64,000 nucleotides of DNA from Lepidodermella squamata. Lineage: Eukaryota; Animalia; Gastrotricha. Position numbers and translations under genes: made by a program. The notes under the pieces are model-generated. The model worked only from the letters and a program-made list of their open reading frames with translations. It did not search any database and had not been told where the DNA came from. The DNA lies in NCBI GenBank assembly GCA_047495785.1, contig JBLDXI010000015.1, forward strand, positions 4,092,001 to 4,156,000, given 5' to 3'. Position 1 is the stretch's first letter. Each line of letters opens with the position of its first letter. Shown piece after piece: positions 22,843-35,736 of this stretch.

Positions 22843-25800
22843 ATGAATACAACCGACGAAGTTGAGTCCAACATCACCTGTGAAGTTACTTATCAAACAA
22901 CACTGAGCTATTACGATTTCCTCGCAATTTTCACGACATCTAAGCAGGAATCTGAACGGCCTTATTTCATATTTCCTAACCTGGCCTGGAGTAGTTTCTA
23001 CCTGGCCGGAATCGCTTTTATCACGATTACAATTTTCGGGCTTCTGGGCAACGGCTACTCGTTCCTAGCCAGCATTTTACAGAGGCCTACAAATAACAGC
23101 TATAATCGGTACCTTTTAAGAGCACTATTTTTCAACAACACTCTGCTATGCGTAAGTCGTTGCAAATTAACACAAAATTTGATGATTCATTTAAATAAAA
23201 TAATTCAGGCCTCAAATGCGATTTTATTAATTCCGTTCGGTATTTACCCCATCCCGCCAAAACCGAACAGTATCGGTTCGATTTACCATCTAGTCATACC
23301 TTGCGATGCTTACGTCGAGGCGCATCGTGTCCTTTACCCGTTATCAGCAATTTTGACCCAGGCCAATTCATGGCTAGCAATTACTATATTGGTCGAACGT
23401 CGCGTTTCACTGTACCGAAACTACGAAACGAACGGATCTTTGACGAAAAGAATGCGAAAAATGTGTGAAAGGCGGTGTTTACCTATGGCTGAAGCTTCCC
23501 AGGGCAAGTACCAATGTTTCGTTATTATTTGCATCTACGTCGCGGCGACTTTGCTAACCCTGCCCACTCTGTTCGAATTCGACTATCGATACATGAAATT
23601 TTCCACTCTGCAAGAGACGGTCGTCGTTCGGCCTTATCAAGAAGGCCATATTCCTTTAAGGAATTTTGTGACATCTTTAAGCAGAGAAACACTTGAACGG
23701 CTGAATGCAATTCGTGATTTCTGGCCTGAACCGGACTTGGGAGCCGCAAATTCGAGCGACCCGCGATACTCTGTTGACTTGTTCCACTTTCCCGACAATT
23801 TTTTCGAAGATGACCTCGTTGTCATGACAAGCAATTTCACGCAAAAAATGTTGATATTAGGACTTAATGGCAGTCTAATATCTGACAACGAATCATCAAT
23901 CGATATTCACACGCTGGAAAGTGAGGACAGTCATGAAGCTTTGTGCGAGTTCACTTTTATTTCAAAACTGGTCATTTCATTCAACGATTGGTCGGTGTCG
24001 TAAGTTGAGTCGATACTTATAACCATTTACGTAAAACTTTTTTCACACCAGTCAACACATTCGCAACTATTACAGATGGTTCAACAATGTCTTCCTTTTG
24101 GTAAGGAATTTTAACCTTATACCGTACTGCCCGAAAGGTTGGGCCTGTCCTTTATTTTTTTCAAAACAAGTCGAAACCCCGTCTTATATTTGAGACTGTC
24201 CTTTATTTGAGGCCTGACCTTTATTATTTCGAACCCTTCTCAACTCATCACATGTCGCTATACAACGCTTGCAGTCCCTATGAAATGGCCTCTAAAAAGA
24301 TCGCCATATGCTCGGTTTTTTAACCCGAGGAGTAGGCGATCATGATGCGATGACGTAGTAGAATCCGAATTTCTTTAAACTATTTCGAAATTTACCAAAA
24401 TATATTAATAAAATGATGATACACGGTAGACGACCTGACCATTATTTGAGGCCTGACCTTTATTATTTCGAATGACCCTTGGACCCCGTCTTATATTTGA
24501 GGCCGACTCTTATACGAGGCTGACTAACTTTTCGCGCAGTACGGTAATCATTTGACCGTTAACAAGTGAAAAGTGGGATCTGGCGAAATTTTTGACATGA
24601 TGACATTTTGATGCCGCTTTTAAGATCAATGAACGAGGAGTCGAGCGATATCAAGAAGAGGTTGATAGTCATCATGGTTGCTGAGAAAATGGGCTTCAAA
24701 GTTTACGAGTGAAAATTGCTAATTTCGGAAAATGCGCGCTTAAAAAATTCAGGTTTTTATTGCATCAATTAACAATTCGTCGCGCAATAAATTCTGCAGT
24801 CATTTTCTTATGCGCAGTCGAGATTTTCGGGGTGATCTGAGGTGAGGAATCTTGCTCGATATTCAAAAATTTCGATTGAATCAAGCTTGTGCTTTCACGT
24901 CAAGCCTTTTCGGCAACACTTTTCGGTCTCTCATTTTTTGAGGTGGATGGGAGCGTCCTGCAGATCTTAAGCTTAAAAATACAAAATCTTTAAGAAAAAC
25001 TGAGCAAGAACATCCAGTAATCCAAGAATCGTCCCTCTTCAAGGCAACACAATTTTTTCAATTTGCTTGAAAATACAGAAAATACGCCAAACCCCACTCT
25101 TCACTTGTTAACGGTCATTTTTGATATGCCTTGTGTCTATAAACAGGGCATTTTACCGATTTGTGTGGCTGTAAGCTGCGCTGGATCCCTCATCCTAGCT
25201 ATCAGTCGAGACGGCAGTCACAAGCCATCTGAAACTGCGTTCGATCCTAACACCATGTTATCGCTAAGGGCGATAGGGGATGAGCAATCTCAGTACACAA
25301 TGGCAGCAGCTTGCCACTCAATTTTCTCCATGATCGCCTGTACCCTGCCATTTCTATGGGCTGAGGTATCTCTTCTGGCTCAAAACAGAGGGGCGTTAGA
25401 TGAAAACGCGTCGGAAGAGCTTACGGCTGAAGATCATGCGAGGCTGTGGATGGAGATATCCTCCTTAATTTACGGCTGCTCCTCAGCATTCAGCTGGCTG
25501 TTCTACGCAGTTCTCTTGGATGCTTTCAAACTATGCCCGACGCTTTGCCATAAGGAACGCAGAGTTGTCGTGACAATCAAAGAATCTCCTAAATCTGAGG
25601 AGCCTAATAATAACTTCGTATCATTTGAGTCTTCCTTCTACAGCCCTGTAAGCTTCAGCTTCAAAATCGACTACGGCAATAGTGAAGAGCAGGAGCAGCC
25701 AAAACCGACGGCTGAGCAGCCTATGGTCGTGAAACCCCTCGATTCAGGCTGCCATTCTGACTCAGCATCAAGTTCAAGTGGAGAAATAGCTGCGAGTAGT

Positions 25801-25896
25801 TCGTCGAACAATGACGCCTCAGAGTCTTTTCAATCATCGTCTCCCGAACCACTGAAAATCGATGTCTATTCCGCCTACTTTGAAGTTGATGTATGA
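22843..25896 (+). CDS. Class A (rhodopsin-like, peptide-receptor-type) GPCR; exons 22843-23151, 23209-23999, 24052-24100, 25147-25896
   Basis: TM1 FGLLGN; TM3 SWLAITILVERRVSL (ERR at the DRY position); TM4 LTLPTLFE; TM5 YYRWFNNVFLL-GILP across a splice; TM6 CTLP; TM7 WLFY. ECL2 is very long. Confidence 0.75.
24122..24544. mobile_element. Non-autonomous TIR element (family A), TA target duplication
   Basis: TA+CCGTACTGCCCGAAA ... TTTCGCGCAGTACGG+TA. Internal direct repeats TATTTGAGGCCTGACCTTTATTATTTCGAA and CCCGTCTTATATTTGAG. Confidence 0.85.
24554..25116. mobile_element. Non-autonomous TIR element (family B), 4-bp ATTT target duplication
   Basis: ATTT+GACCGTTAACAAGTGAA ... TTCACTTGTTAACGGTC+ATTT. 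Homologous to 18153-19271. Confidence 0.85.
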
Positions 25897-26202
25897 TTTA
25901 TTAATTAAGGCTTTTCTATTTTTTGCTTGGCAATAAATAAACAAGTAGATGAAAGTGACGCAGACCTTGAAGTTTGTTGAATGAAAGTTTATTTTTGTCT
26001 CATATATTGAGTTTGCCAAGTGGAAGTTTGTTTTTGTCCTAGACATTTTGGTCTCTGAAAATCTGACGGAGAGTGAAAAGCTAATGCGTTACCTGTTATA
26101 CGCAAATTCTGCGTATTTCGTCTCCAGGTAACCAATTGAATTGTCTTTCTGGAGCCACTGGGTCAGCTTTTCATTGTGTGTATTTTTGAGCGTTCTAAAT
26201 TC

Positions 26203-29200
26203 ATGAAGATTTTCACGAAAGTTCTGTGCGTTTTACTGACTGCCATCGAAATGGTGAAAAGCATTCCCCCAGTGCCAGACACCATCTCTTTGCCGTTACC
26301 GAGTGATTACGCTTCTACACCTGAGTACGCCCCAGACTTGTCGTTTGACAAGGAAAACGCGAGCATTGATGGCTATTCGACAACTCAACGAAAATATGCC
26401 GCAGTGGCAGTTTCAAACGGCTTCCAGATAACATCAATGTCGGCGACACCTCCGACTCCAAGCACAACATTCGGCTTCGTAAAAACTGTTATTTGCCTTA
26501 ATATTTGTAATACTTTCAAGTATTTAAGTCAATTTTTTCCGCTCAGACCTCTACGATGGGCATGGGCAGGGTGAGCTCACATTGGAGGGCTGAAATGGAG
26601 GTGAGCGCCAACTATAAAACCGATGGGTCTGCGGGATGGTTCGGATTTGCAATAAGCGGTTGGGATGCAACTCCAAGTAATTTATTCCATAAAATTACAG
26701 CTTCTAAAACTAATCAAAATAATTACACAGCTTTCTCAAATCAATCGAATGGAACGGATTTTTACGATGCAATCACCTGGATGGGAAGTATCAACGTCTG
26801 GCAAAGCCTGTCGGTCGGAGGGGTGCAACATCTCGGATATGTTTCAGCAAGTGGAGGTGCGGCGCCGATGAAAATTCCCTCAAATGTTGTCAGGTCGTCA
26901 TCAGCGGGCTGTGGTAGAGCTGATATATTCAACAGCTCCGGAAAATTTGATTTCAGATTGATCGTGCAATCAGTTAAAGACAAAGTCACGGTATAAGTGA
27001 TTATCGTTATAAGGTGGATTTATTCATAGTTTTGTGTCTTATCAGACTACGCTGGTTCCCTTGCCTGGATTCGGGGCTACAACAGCCGCTGTTTGTATTT
27101 CGGACTATTACGCCAATGAAATGACTTATCAGCGACTGCAAGGAGACAGATTTTTATTCTTAGGAGCTATGGGACACAATGGTGATGCTCTGGTCAAAAA
27201 ATTGTATGACATTGTCAGTTGCGTGGCTTGAATTTCTTTTCAATCCTTCACTACTTAGCTACTTTTGGATATTGAACGAAACAATTTCGGCCGTTCCTGA
27301 TAATGCATCGCTACCGCTTCCATGGCAGTATTCGGGCACTCCTAAGTACTTCAGCTTTCAGTCATTCGATAAAACCAGCTACAATGCGACAGGGAACATG
27401 ATTATGACCGGTGCATCTTCATACACCGAAATCAGCTCCGGATTTCAGCTAACAAGAATGGGTTCGGTGACTACCGGAGTCATAAACTCGTTAGTAAGTT
27501 GGGCGATGACAATCGAAATTTTTCATCACCTGAAAATTTCCTTTATACTCAAGTTCGGAGGACCTAATGTGCTCCAATCTCAATGGAGAGTGGAGATTGA
27601 CCTACAGATTGATTATAAGACCGATGGCTCCTTTGCTTGGTTCGGAGTGAGTGTTGGCAGCAAATACTCCTGGGCAAATAGTAACAATTTTAGCATGTTT
27701 ATTGGAACTGATTACAACACCTGATACTTCTGTAGGCAAAACAAGTGGAGCAGTCAATTTCGACGCGCTGGCTAATTATAATGGTTTGCACGTTTGGCAA
27801 AAAATCGGTTATGGCTATGGTGAAATATACCTGACGAATGTGTCATCGTATGTTACTACTGTCACGCCCATACCATTAGACTACACTGCTGTATCTCCTA
27901 CGGCATGCAACAATCCATCACTTTTCCCGGCTACGGGTACAACAAATTATCGGATGATAATTCAATGCGCAGACGATTTTATAACGGTAATCTTACTTTT
28001 ACGAATGGAAATTTGACTAAAAATTGATAACAGGTTGCTGTAGTTACCCTGCCTCTCAACCCAGCCTCACCCAGCTCTATTTGTCTCGAAAATATAAACG
28101 CAACAGGACTCAAGACAACAATTGATGGAACAGGGATATGGCACCTGCATGGGTTCCTTGGCGGTAATGCGACCATTGTTGCGCAAAAATTGTGTGTTGT
28201 ACCTTAACAAATTGTCCCCTTGAAAACTAAAATGTGCTTGCCAGCTATCTATTTCGGCTTGCTGCTGGGATGGCCCCGTCGACGGTTCCAACTACATCTA
28301 CACCATCTACGACATCAACAACGACCACATCAACTCCATCGACGTCAACAATTAGTTCAACGTCGACCGAAACATCGACCGATTCCGACTCTACGACAAC
28401 AACTCAGATGATAACTAGCGCTCAATCGCAATCTCAGCCCGAGCTATCGACCTCAACGATGGCTTCAACTTCTACGACAACTGTCACACAATCGTCCTCT
28501 CAGCCAAGTTCCTCGACGACTAAACTGTCATCACCCTCTCAGCCTGTTATAACTGCCGGTGTAGTTACGACTGCTGGGCCAACAAATCAAGTTGATCCTG
28601 TAACGGGCTTCCCTATCCCAGCACTCATCGATGGAAATCGAGTTCCGATTTTGCGTTACGAAGACCTGGCTCCTTGTCAATCTCTGCAAGTCGACATCAG
28701 ATCTCCAGCAGCGAACACGAAAATCTACATGACATTTGCTGCCGAGGGCTTGCAAAGCCTCGACCCCAGCTCGCAGGAGATATCGTTATGGAGCTCAATC
28801 TTACTGCAGTGGATCGTGTCTGAGTGCAACGAAAAGGACGCGGCGCCCAATGTCGATGAAAAGGAGCGAATAGTGACAACCAAGCGAGAGGACATCTGGC
28901 GACCGTCGTTGATCTTCGCGAATACCACGTCAGATTTCTACATGGCCAACCCGGTTTACGGCGAGAAAATGGAAATCGTATACTACCCGACTCGGCCGAA
29001 TCGAACGCTGTTTTTCCACTGGAATCGGATCGGAACATTCACGTCTAGTTGTGATATGGATTTGGGGAAATTTCCGTTTGACAAGCAAACGTGCGATTTC
29101 ACCTTTCTAATCGACGAGTCGGCTGATTTTGTAACATTCGGAGGGCTGTACGTAACGACCAAAGGAGCTCTCTCAACTGAGATTTGGACATTCGATAAAG

Positions 29201-29724
29201 TGCAAAAAGAGATAGGAATCACGTTCTCCTCAAGCCGCCGGACGTCAACAATGAGCTATGCCAAAATTCGTTTCTCTTTCAAGCGAGATCCTACGTATTA
29301 CCTGGTTAATTTGGCCATACCCTGTTATATTATCGTTGTTCTCGCGTTTTGTTCTCTATTGATGGACCCTTTCTCGCCCGATCGACCCGTGTTTTGCGGC
29401 ACAATGATGTTAGCCCTGACTGTAGCCCAGTCTGATGTGATACAAAGTGTTCCGTTGACATCGCAGCATATCCTATACGCAAATTACATTCTGTTGCTTA
29501 CCGGCCTTTCGGCACTGTTGACAATTTATGAAATTCTCATGTCAACCTTGGGCCCAAAATTCTCGAAACCGTATCTGAAACACGTCCGCATTATGCCACT
29601 GCGGTTCAACCTGTTTCGTTCGATCGACTTTGCAATTTTCCTGATCGCATTTGATATGGTACTTGTGATTAACCTTTACCTGATCATGGTTGCCACCAGT
29701 GACTCGAATTGGATTACGGTTTGA
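26203..29724 (+). CDS. Multidomain Cys-loop channel of about 1024 aa: signal peptide, two beta-rich repeats, Ser/Thr mucin stalk, pLGIC ECD and 4TM; exons 26203-26478, 26547-26676, 26731-26990, 27046-27203, 27259-27493, 27554-27680, 27736-27986, 28034-28191, 28245-29724
   Basis: All eight introns are GT-AG and phase-compatible, giving 3075 nt of open frame. Channel motifs: WRPS, Cys-loop CDMDLGKFPFDKQTC, M1 YYLVNLAIP, M2 PDRPVFCGTMMLALTV. Confidence 0.82.
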
Positions 29725-30047
29725 TCTTTTTCAGCCTCGTTTTTATTTCTAATCAGGAAATTTTAAATGTTGTGCTCATGATTCATTATTTGATTTGCTA
29801 TTGATTAAGCCATGCCGGTCAAGAGTAGTAGCTCATGAAGCTAATTAAATAATCAGGTTTCAAATACAGCTTGACTTGCGTGGCGAAAGGACACCGGATT
29901 TTCCTGCCGATCATACAAAGTACGTGGTTGGTAAATGAAGAAATATTAACTTGTTTTTAGCTATTTCTGTATCTGCAAGAAAAGACGAATTTCTAAAAAA
30001 TGGGAGGAACCTTAAAGTTAAGTAGTTCACCGAGCAGTAGGACTCAG

Positions 30048-30128
30048 GCCTCAGAGTCTTTTCAAATGCCGTCTCCTGAATCACTAAAAAATGGCGATTA
30101 TTCCACCTACTTTGAAGCTAATGCTTGA
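30048..30128 (+). pseudogene. Duplicated relic of the 3' end of the class A GPCR (about 25816-25896), marking the left edge of a tandem duplication
   Basis: GCCTCAGAGTCTTTTCAA...TACTTTGAAGCTAATGCTTGA matches GCCTCAGAGTCTTTTCAA...TACTTTGAAGTTGATGTATGA. Confidence 0.7.
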
Positions 30129-30424
30129 TTTTTTCATTAGGGCGCTGCTATTTCTCTTTGGTTTGCAATAAATAAATAACTACATAAAAGCATTGCCATC
30201 CATGGACCCAGAGTTTGTTGAGTGGAAGTGGGAGTTTAGTATCGTCTCAAGTGTTTTCGTCACTGCGAGGTTTGCCTGGTAGGTAAAAAATGTACCTGAG
30301 CGAATATGTTACGCAAGTTGTACGCAAACCCTACATAATTTGTATCTAGGTAACCCCTCGAAAAGCATTTATCAAGCCCGCCGGTCCTCTTCCCACCACC
30401 TGCATTTTAAAACTTTCCAAATTC

Positions 30425-33400
30425 ATGGCAATTTTCACGAAAGTTTTGTGCGTGCTACTGATGTTGATCGAAACGGTTAAATGTATTCCCCCAGTTCCAG
30501 ACACCATTTCTTTTCCACTACCGAGTGATTACGCTTCAACACCTGAGTACGCCCCAGACTTGTCTTTTGACATGGAGAACTCGAGCATTGACGGCTATGC
30601 GGCAACTCAGCGAAGATACGCTGCGCAGGCCGTTTCCAATGGCTTCCAGATAACTTCAATGTCAGCAACACCGGTGTCTCCAAACACAACATTCGGTTAC
30701 GTAAAAATTGTAATTTCCCCCTGTATTTCCTATAACGTCGGTACTGCGAAAAAGGTTCTATCATAACATTTCCCTTTCTATCAATGAAAACAGCATAAAA
30801 AATGTGCAGGCCATCATAACAGCAAATAACCAAAACAGCAAATGCGACAAAACAGCAGAAATACGATGCATCTTTTTTGAAAAATTTGCTGTTTTTCGTA
30901 TTCGCTGTTCTGCGCAGTTGGTGTATTATCGTCGTACCAAAAAACTTTCCACGGTAATCATCCCTTCTGTGGATTGTTTTCCACGCTGGTTCGATTGGCA
31001 TGATCAGATTTTCTTTTAGAATGGCTGTTGTAAGCACTTTTGAACACTTTTGAAGATGGAGATAGCATCTTTACGCAGCGCGGCCATTTTATGACGTGCT
31101 CGATAAGGCCAAATTAATTTTACGATTCTTCATTTTTCAATGGTTTTGTTTGAACAACCGGAATCGCTTACTTTTAAAGCGAATAATCTTCATTGAATTA
31201 TCAAGAATTTTGCTGTCAATTTCCGATTTTCATGCATTAAAATGTAGCTATGTATATAGTTCCAAGTTGTCAGCGAACTTTGCGAATTTTCCCTTCCACT
31301 AATAAACAAGAAAACTGAGCTGGAAAGTGACTGTAGCAGGCTAACAACTATCAAGTATTACCTACCGTTCATTTTATAATAAGCAAGCACGATGGGCAGT
31401 CGAACCAACATTTTTGACATTATAATTGTTAACTTTATCGAAGCCCTAATTCAAAAAATCAAGATGACATTTTCTCCGAATTCACATGTGGATCTTTCTG
31501 GAAGTACTTACCACTGGTTCCCACCTTTCGTTTAAATTATAGCGGATTTTAGTTTGAAATGTGGCTCCTTGTAATAAACTAAATAAATCACACGGAGCAA
31601 TTCTCACGCGGGTGTGTTACGCTACGAGTCACAAGCAGAACATGATGCTATCTCCATTTCCTCCCGTTTCCCAGTATTATAATGAGCTAGAACAATTAGT
31701 GGAGACATGTTTCACCTACACGATGAAATTTCGTGGACATTTTGAAGGTTCGGACTGGGCAGGAAATGTTACTAAGAAGTAGGAAAAAACTATGAATCGT
31801 AAAAATGTGGAGATCGAACCTTTTCTCGCGGATTTCAGCTGATGATATTTTCAAAAACAGCAAGATATTCAATTCGTTTATTTTCGCACAGACCTCTTCA
31901 ATGGGCAAGGGCAGGGTGAGCTCACATTGGAGGGCTGAAATGGAGGTGAGCGCCAACTACAAAACCGACGGGTCTGTGGGATGGTTCGGATTTGCTATAA
32001 GCGGTTGGGATGCGACTCCAAGTAATTCATTAGATAAAATCAGAGCTTTTATAAAATTCATCCAAATTTCACAGCTTTCTCAAATCAATCAAATGGTACG
32101 GATTTTTACGACGCAGTTACCTGGCTGGGAAATCTTAATGTCTGGCAAAGCCTGTCGGTCGGAGGGGCGCAATATCTAGGATATGTTACAGCTAGTGGAG
32201 GTGCAGCGCCGATGAAAATCCCCTCAAACGTCGTCAGGGTGTCATCACCTGGTTGTGGTATAGCTGATCTATTCAACAGCTCAGGAAAATTAGATTTCAG
32301 GCTAATCGTGCAATCCGTTAAAGACAAAGCCACGGTATAAGAAATGATCATTAATTTGGATTTGTATAGAGCTTTCTTCCTTATATCAGACTGCGCTGGT
32401 TCCCTTGCCGGGTTTCGGACTTACACCAGCCGCTGTTTGCATTTCAAACTACTATGGCAATGAAATGACTAACCAGAGACTACAGGGCGACTTATTTCAC
32501 TTTATAGGGGCTATGGGTCAAAACGGCGATGTTCTGGTCAAAAAATTGTAAGACTTCGTCTGTTTAGTTACCTGAATATTTTTTTAATTTCTCATGCCTT
32601 TAGCTACTTTTGGATATTAAACGAAACGATTTCAGCCATTCCTGATACAGCGTCATTACCACTTCCGTGGCAGTATTCGGGCACCCCAAAGTACTTCAGC
32701 TTTCAATCCTTCGATAAAACCAGCTACAATGCAACCGGGAACATGATTATGACCGGCTCATCTTCATACACCGAAATCAGCTCAGGATTTCAGTTAACAA
32801 AAATGGGTTCGGTGACTTCCGGAGTCATAAACTCGTTAGTAAGTTGGTCGATGAAAATGGTGATTTTCATAACCCCTGAACATATGCATTCTCAAGTTCG
32901 GAGGACCTAATGTTCTGCAATCTCAATGGAGAGTAGAAATTGACCTACAGATTGATTATAAGACCGATGGCTCCTTTGCTTGGTTCGGAGTGAGTGTTGG
33001 AAACAAGTACTCGTGGTCGAATAGTAACAATTTCAGCGTCTTTACTTGAACTTGTTATAACTCCTAATGCTTCATATATAGGCAAAACAAGTGGATCAGC
33101 CAATTTCGACGCACTGGCTAATTATAATGGTTTGCACATTTGGCAGAAAATCGGCTATGGCTATGGTGAAATCTACTTGACGAATGTGACAAGTTACGTG
33201 ACAACTGTCACGCCCATACCATTGAACTACACTGCTGTATCTCCGACTTCATGCAACAATCCATCACTTTTCCCGGCTACGGGCACAACAAATTATCGAA
33301 TGATAATTCAGTCCGCAGATGATTTCATAACGGTATTATTATCTTCTTAGTACTTCGTAATGAGTATAAATTGATCACAGGTGGCTGTAGTTACCCTGCC

Positions 33401-35095
33401 TCTGAACCCTGCCTCACCCAGCACTATTTGTCTCGAAAATTTCAATGCAACAGGACTGAGGTCAACAAGTGATGGAGTAGGAATATGGCACCTGCATGGT
33501 TTCCTCGGCGGTAATGCGACAATTGTTGCGCAAAAATTGTGTGTTGTTGACAAATTATCCATCTTGAAAATAAAACTGTGTTCACTAGCTATCTATTTCG
33601 ACTGGCAGCCGGATCGGCATCCTCGACGGTTCCGACTACATCTACAACATCTACAACGACCACCTCTACTCCATCAACGTCAACAATTAGTTCTTCTACC
33701 GAACCACCGTCAACTTCGACCGAAACATCGACCGATTCCGACTCGACAACAACAACTCAGTTGATAACTATCACTCAAACACAGTCACAGTCCGAATTAA
33801 CGACTTCTTTGACGGCAACTTCTTCAACGGTTTCGACATCCTCCACTTCTACGACCACGCAATCGCCTTCTCAGCCCGGTTCTTCAGCGACTAACATGCG
33901 GTCAACCTCTCAGTCTGTAGCAACTGCCGGTGTAGTAACGACTGCCGGACCAACAAATCAAGTGGATCCTGTAACGGGCTTCCCGATCCCGGAACTTATC
34001 GATGGAAATCGAGTTCCAATATTGCGATACGAAGACCTTGCTCCTTGCCAATCTCTGCAAGTCGACATCAGATCCCCAGCAGCGAACACGAAAATCTACA
34101 TGACCTTTGCTGCCGAGGGCTTGCAAAGCCTCGATCCCAGCTCGCAGGAGGTATCGTTATGGAGCTCAATCTTACTGCAGTGGATCGTGTCTGAGTGCAA
34201 CGATAAGGACGCCGCGCCAAATGTCGATGAAAAGGAGCGCATTGTCACAACGAAGCGAGAGGACATCTGGCGACCGTCGTTGATCTTCGCGAATACCACG
34301 TCAGATTTCTACCTAGCCAACCCGGTTTACGGCGAGAAAATGGAAATTGTCTACTATCCTACTCATCCTAATCGAACGCTGTTTTTCCACTGGAATCGGA
34401 TCGGAACATTCACGTCTAGTTGTGATATGGATTTGGGGAAATTTCCGTTTGACAAGCAAACGTGCGATTTCACCTTTCTGATTGACGAATCGGCTGATTT
34501 TGTGACATTTGGAGGGCTGTACGTAACGACTAAAGGAGCGCTCTCAACTGAGATTTGGACATTCGATAAAGTGCAAAAAGAGATAGGAATCACGTTTTCC
34601 TCAAGCCGTCGGACGTCAACAATGAGCTATGCCAAAATTACCTTTTCTTTTAAACGAGATCCCACGTATTACCTGGTCAATTTGGCCATACCCTGTTATA
34701 TTATCGTTGTTCTCGCGTTTTGTTCTCTATTGATGGACCCTTTCGAACCCGATAGGCCTGTGTTTTGCGGCACAATGATGTTAGCCCTGACTGTAGCTCA
34801 GTCTGATGTCTTAGATAGTGTTCCCGTAACATCGCAGCATATCCTATATGCTAATTACATTCTAATGCTTACTGGTCTGTCAGCACTGTTGACAATTTAT
34901 GAAATTCTCATGTCAACCTTGGGCCCAAAATTCTCGAAACCGTATCTGAAACACGTCCGCATTATGCCACTGCGGTTCAACTTGTTTCGATCGATCGACT
35001 TTGCAATTTTCCTGATCGCATTTGATATGGTACTTGTGATTAACCTTTACCTGATCATGGTTGCCACCAGTGACTTGAATTGGATTGCGGTTTGA
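30425..35095 (+). CDS. Second copy of the multidomain beta-repeat/mucin/Cys-loop channel (9 exons; intron 1 enlarged, 30701-31891)
   Basis: Exon-by-exon homology to 26203-29724 with the same splice sites. The channel exon is nearly identical; the mucin stalk differs in length. Confidence 0.8.
30745..31831. mobile_element. Probable TIR-element insertion of about 1.1 kb in intron 1 of the second multidomain channel
   Basis: Absent from the 68-nt homologous intron of copy 1. Imperfect terminal IR CTGCGAAAAAGGTTC / GAACCTTTTCTCGCGG. Confidence 0.5.
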
Positions 35096-35736
35096 TCCTT
35101 TTCAGCCTCGTTTTTATTTCTATAATCAGCAAGTTATAAATGCTGTGCTCATGATTCATGATTTGATTTGATATTGAATAAGCCATGCCGATCAAGAGCA
35201 GTAGCTCATGATGCTAATTAAATAATCAAGGTTTCAAATACAGCTTTTCGCCCTGTCTCATTTAAATTCCCTCAAAATTACGAGGAGCTCTCAAAATGTG
35301 AAATATATGACAGAAAGGCTAAAGAAATTGATTTTTATCTTTTTATCAATTCAAAATCAATTCAAGGATTTTTTGCATGATTGATTGATTTAGAGTCTGT
35401 GCATGATTCAATTCCGAAGTAAATTCGAAGTCCCTGGCTGCATTATTGTAAAAAAAATGAGTTCAACAACCCATTATAGCAACCCTTGCTATACTTTTCG
35501 GAATAAAATAAGCATATTAAGGAGAAAATGCGAGTCTAACACAGCTTGTAAACAATGTTATCTAGATAATGACTCGAACATAGATGGCAATATGTAACTA
35601 GTAAATAGCGTAGCCAAGCTGCCGAATTCCTGATAACGCACTCGACGCTACCTGTTTCCGCCTTAATGATTATTTGTTCACATTTGTTTTTAAGCTCCTT
35701 TCTCTTTGCCTCGACATTTTACTAAATCGCTTCAAA

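Noticed and set aside
25063-25146. 5' part of the 277-aa ORF as a gene start
   Set aside because: It starts inside the TIR element. The coding part begins at acceptor 25147 as the last GPCR exon.
30477-31037. 186-aa minus-strand ORF
   Set aside because: Antisense to exon 1 of the channel gene and running into an intronic insertion; no domain signal.
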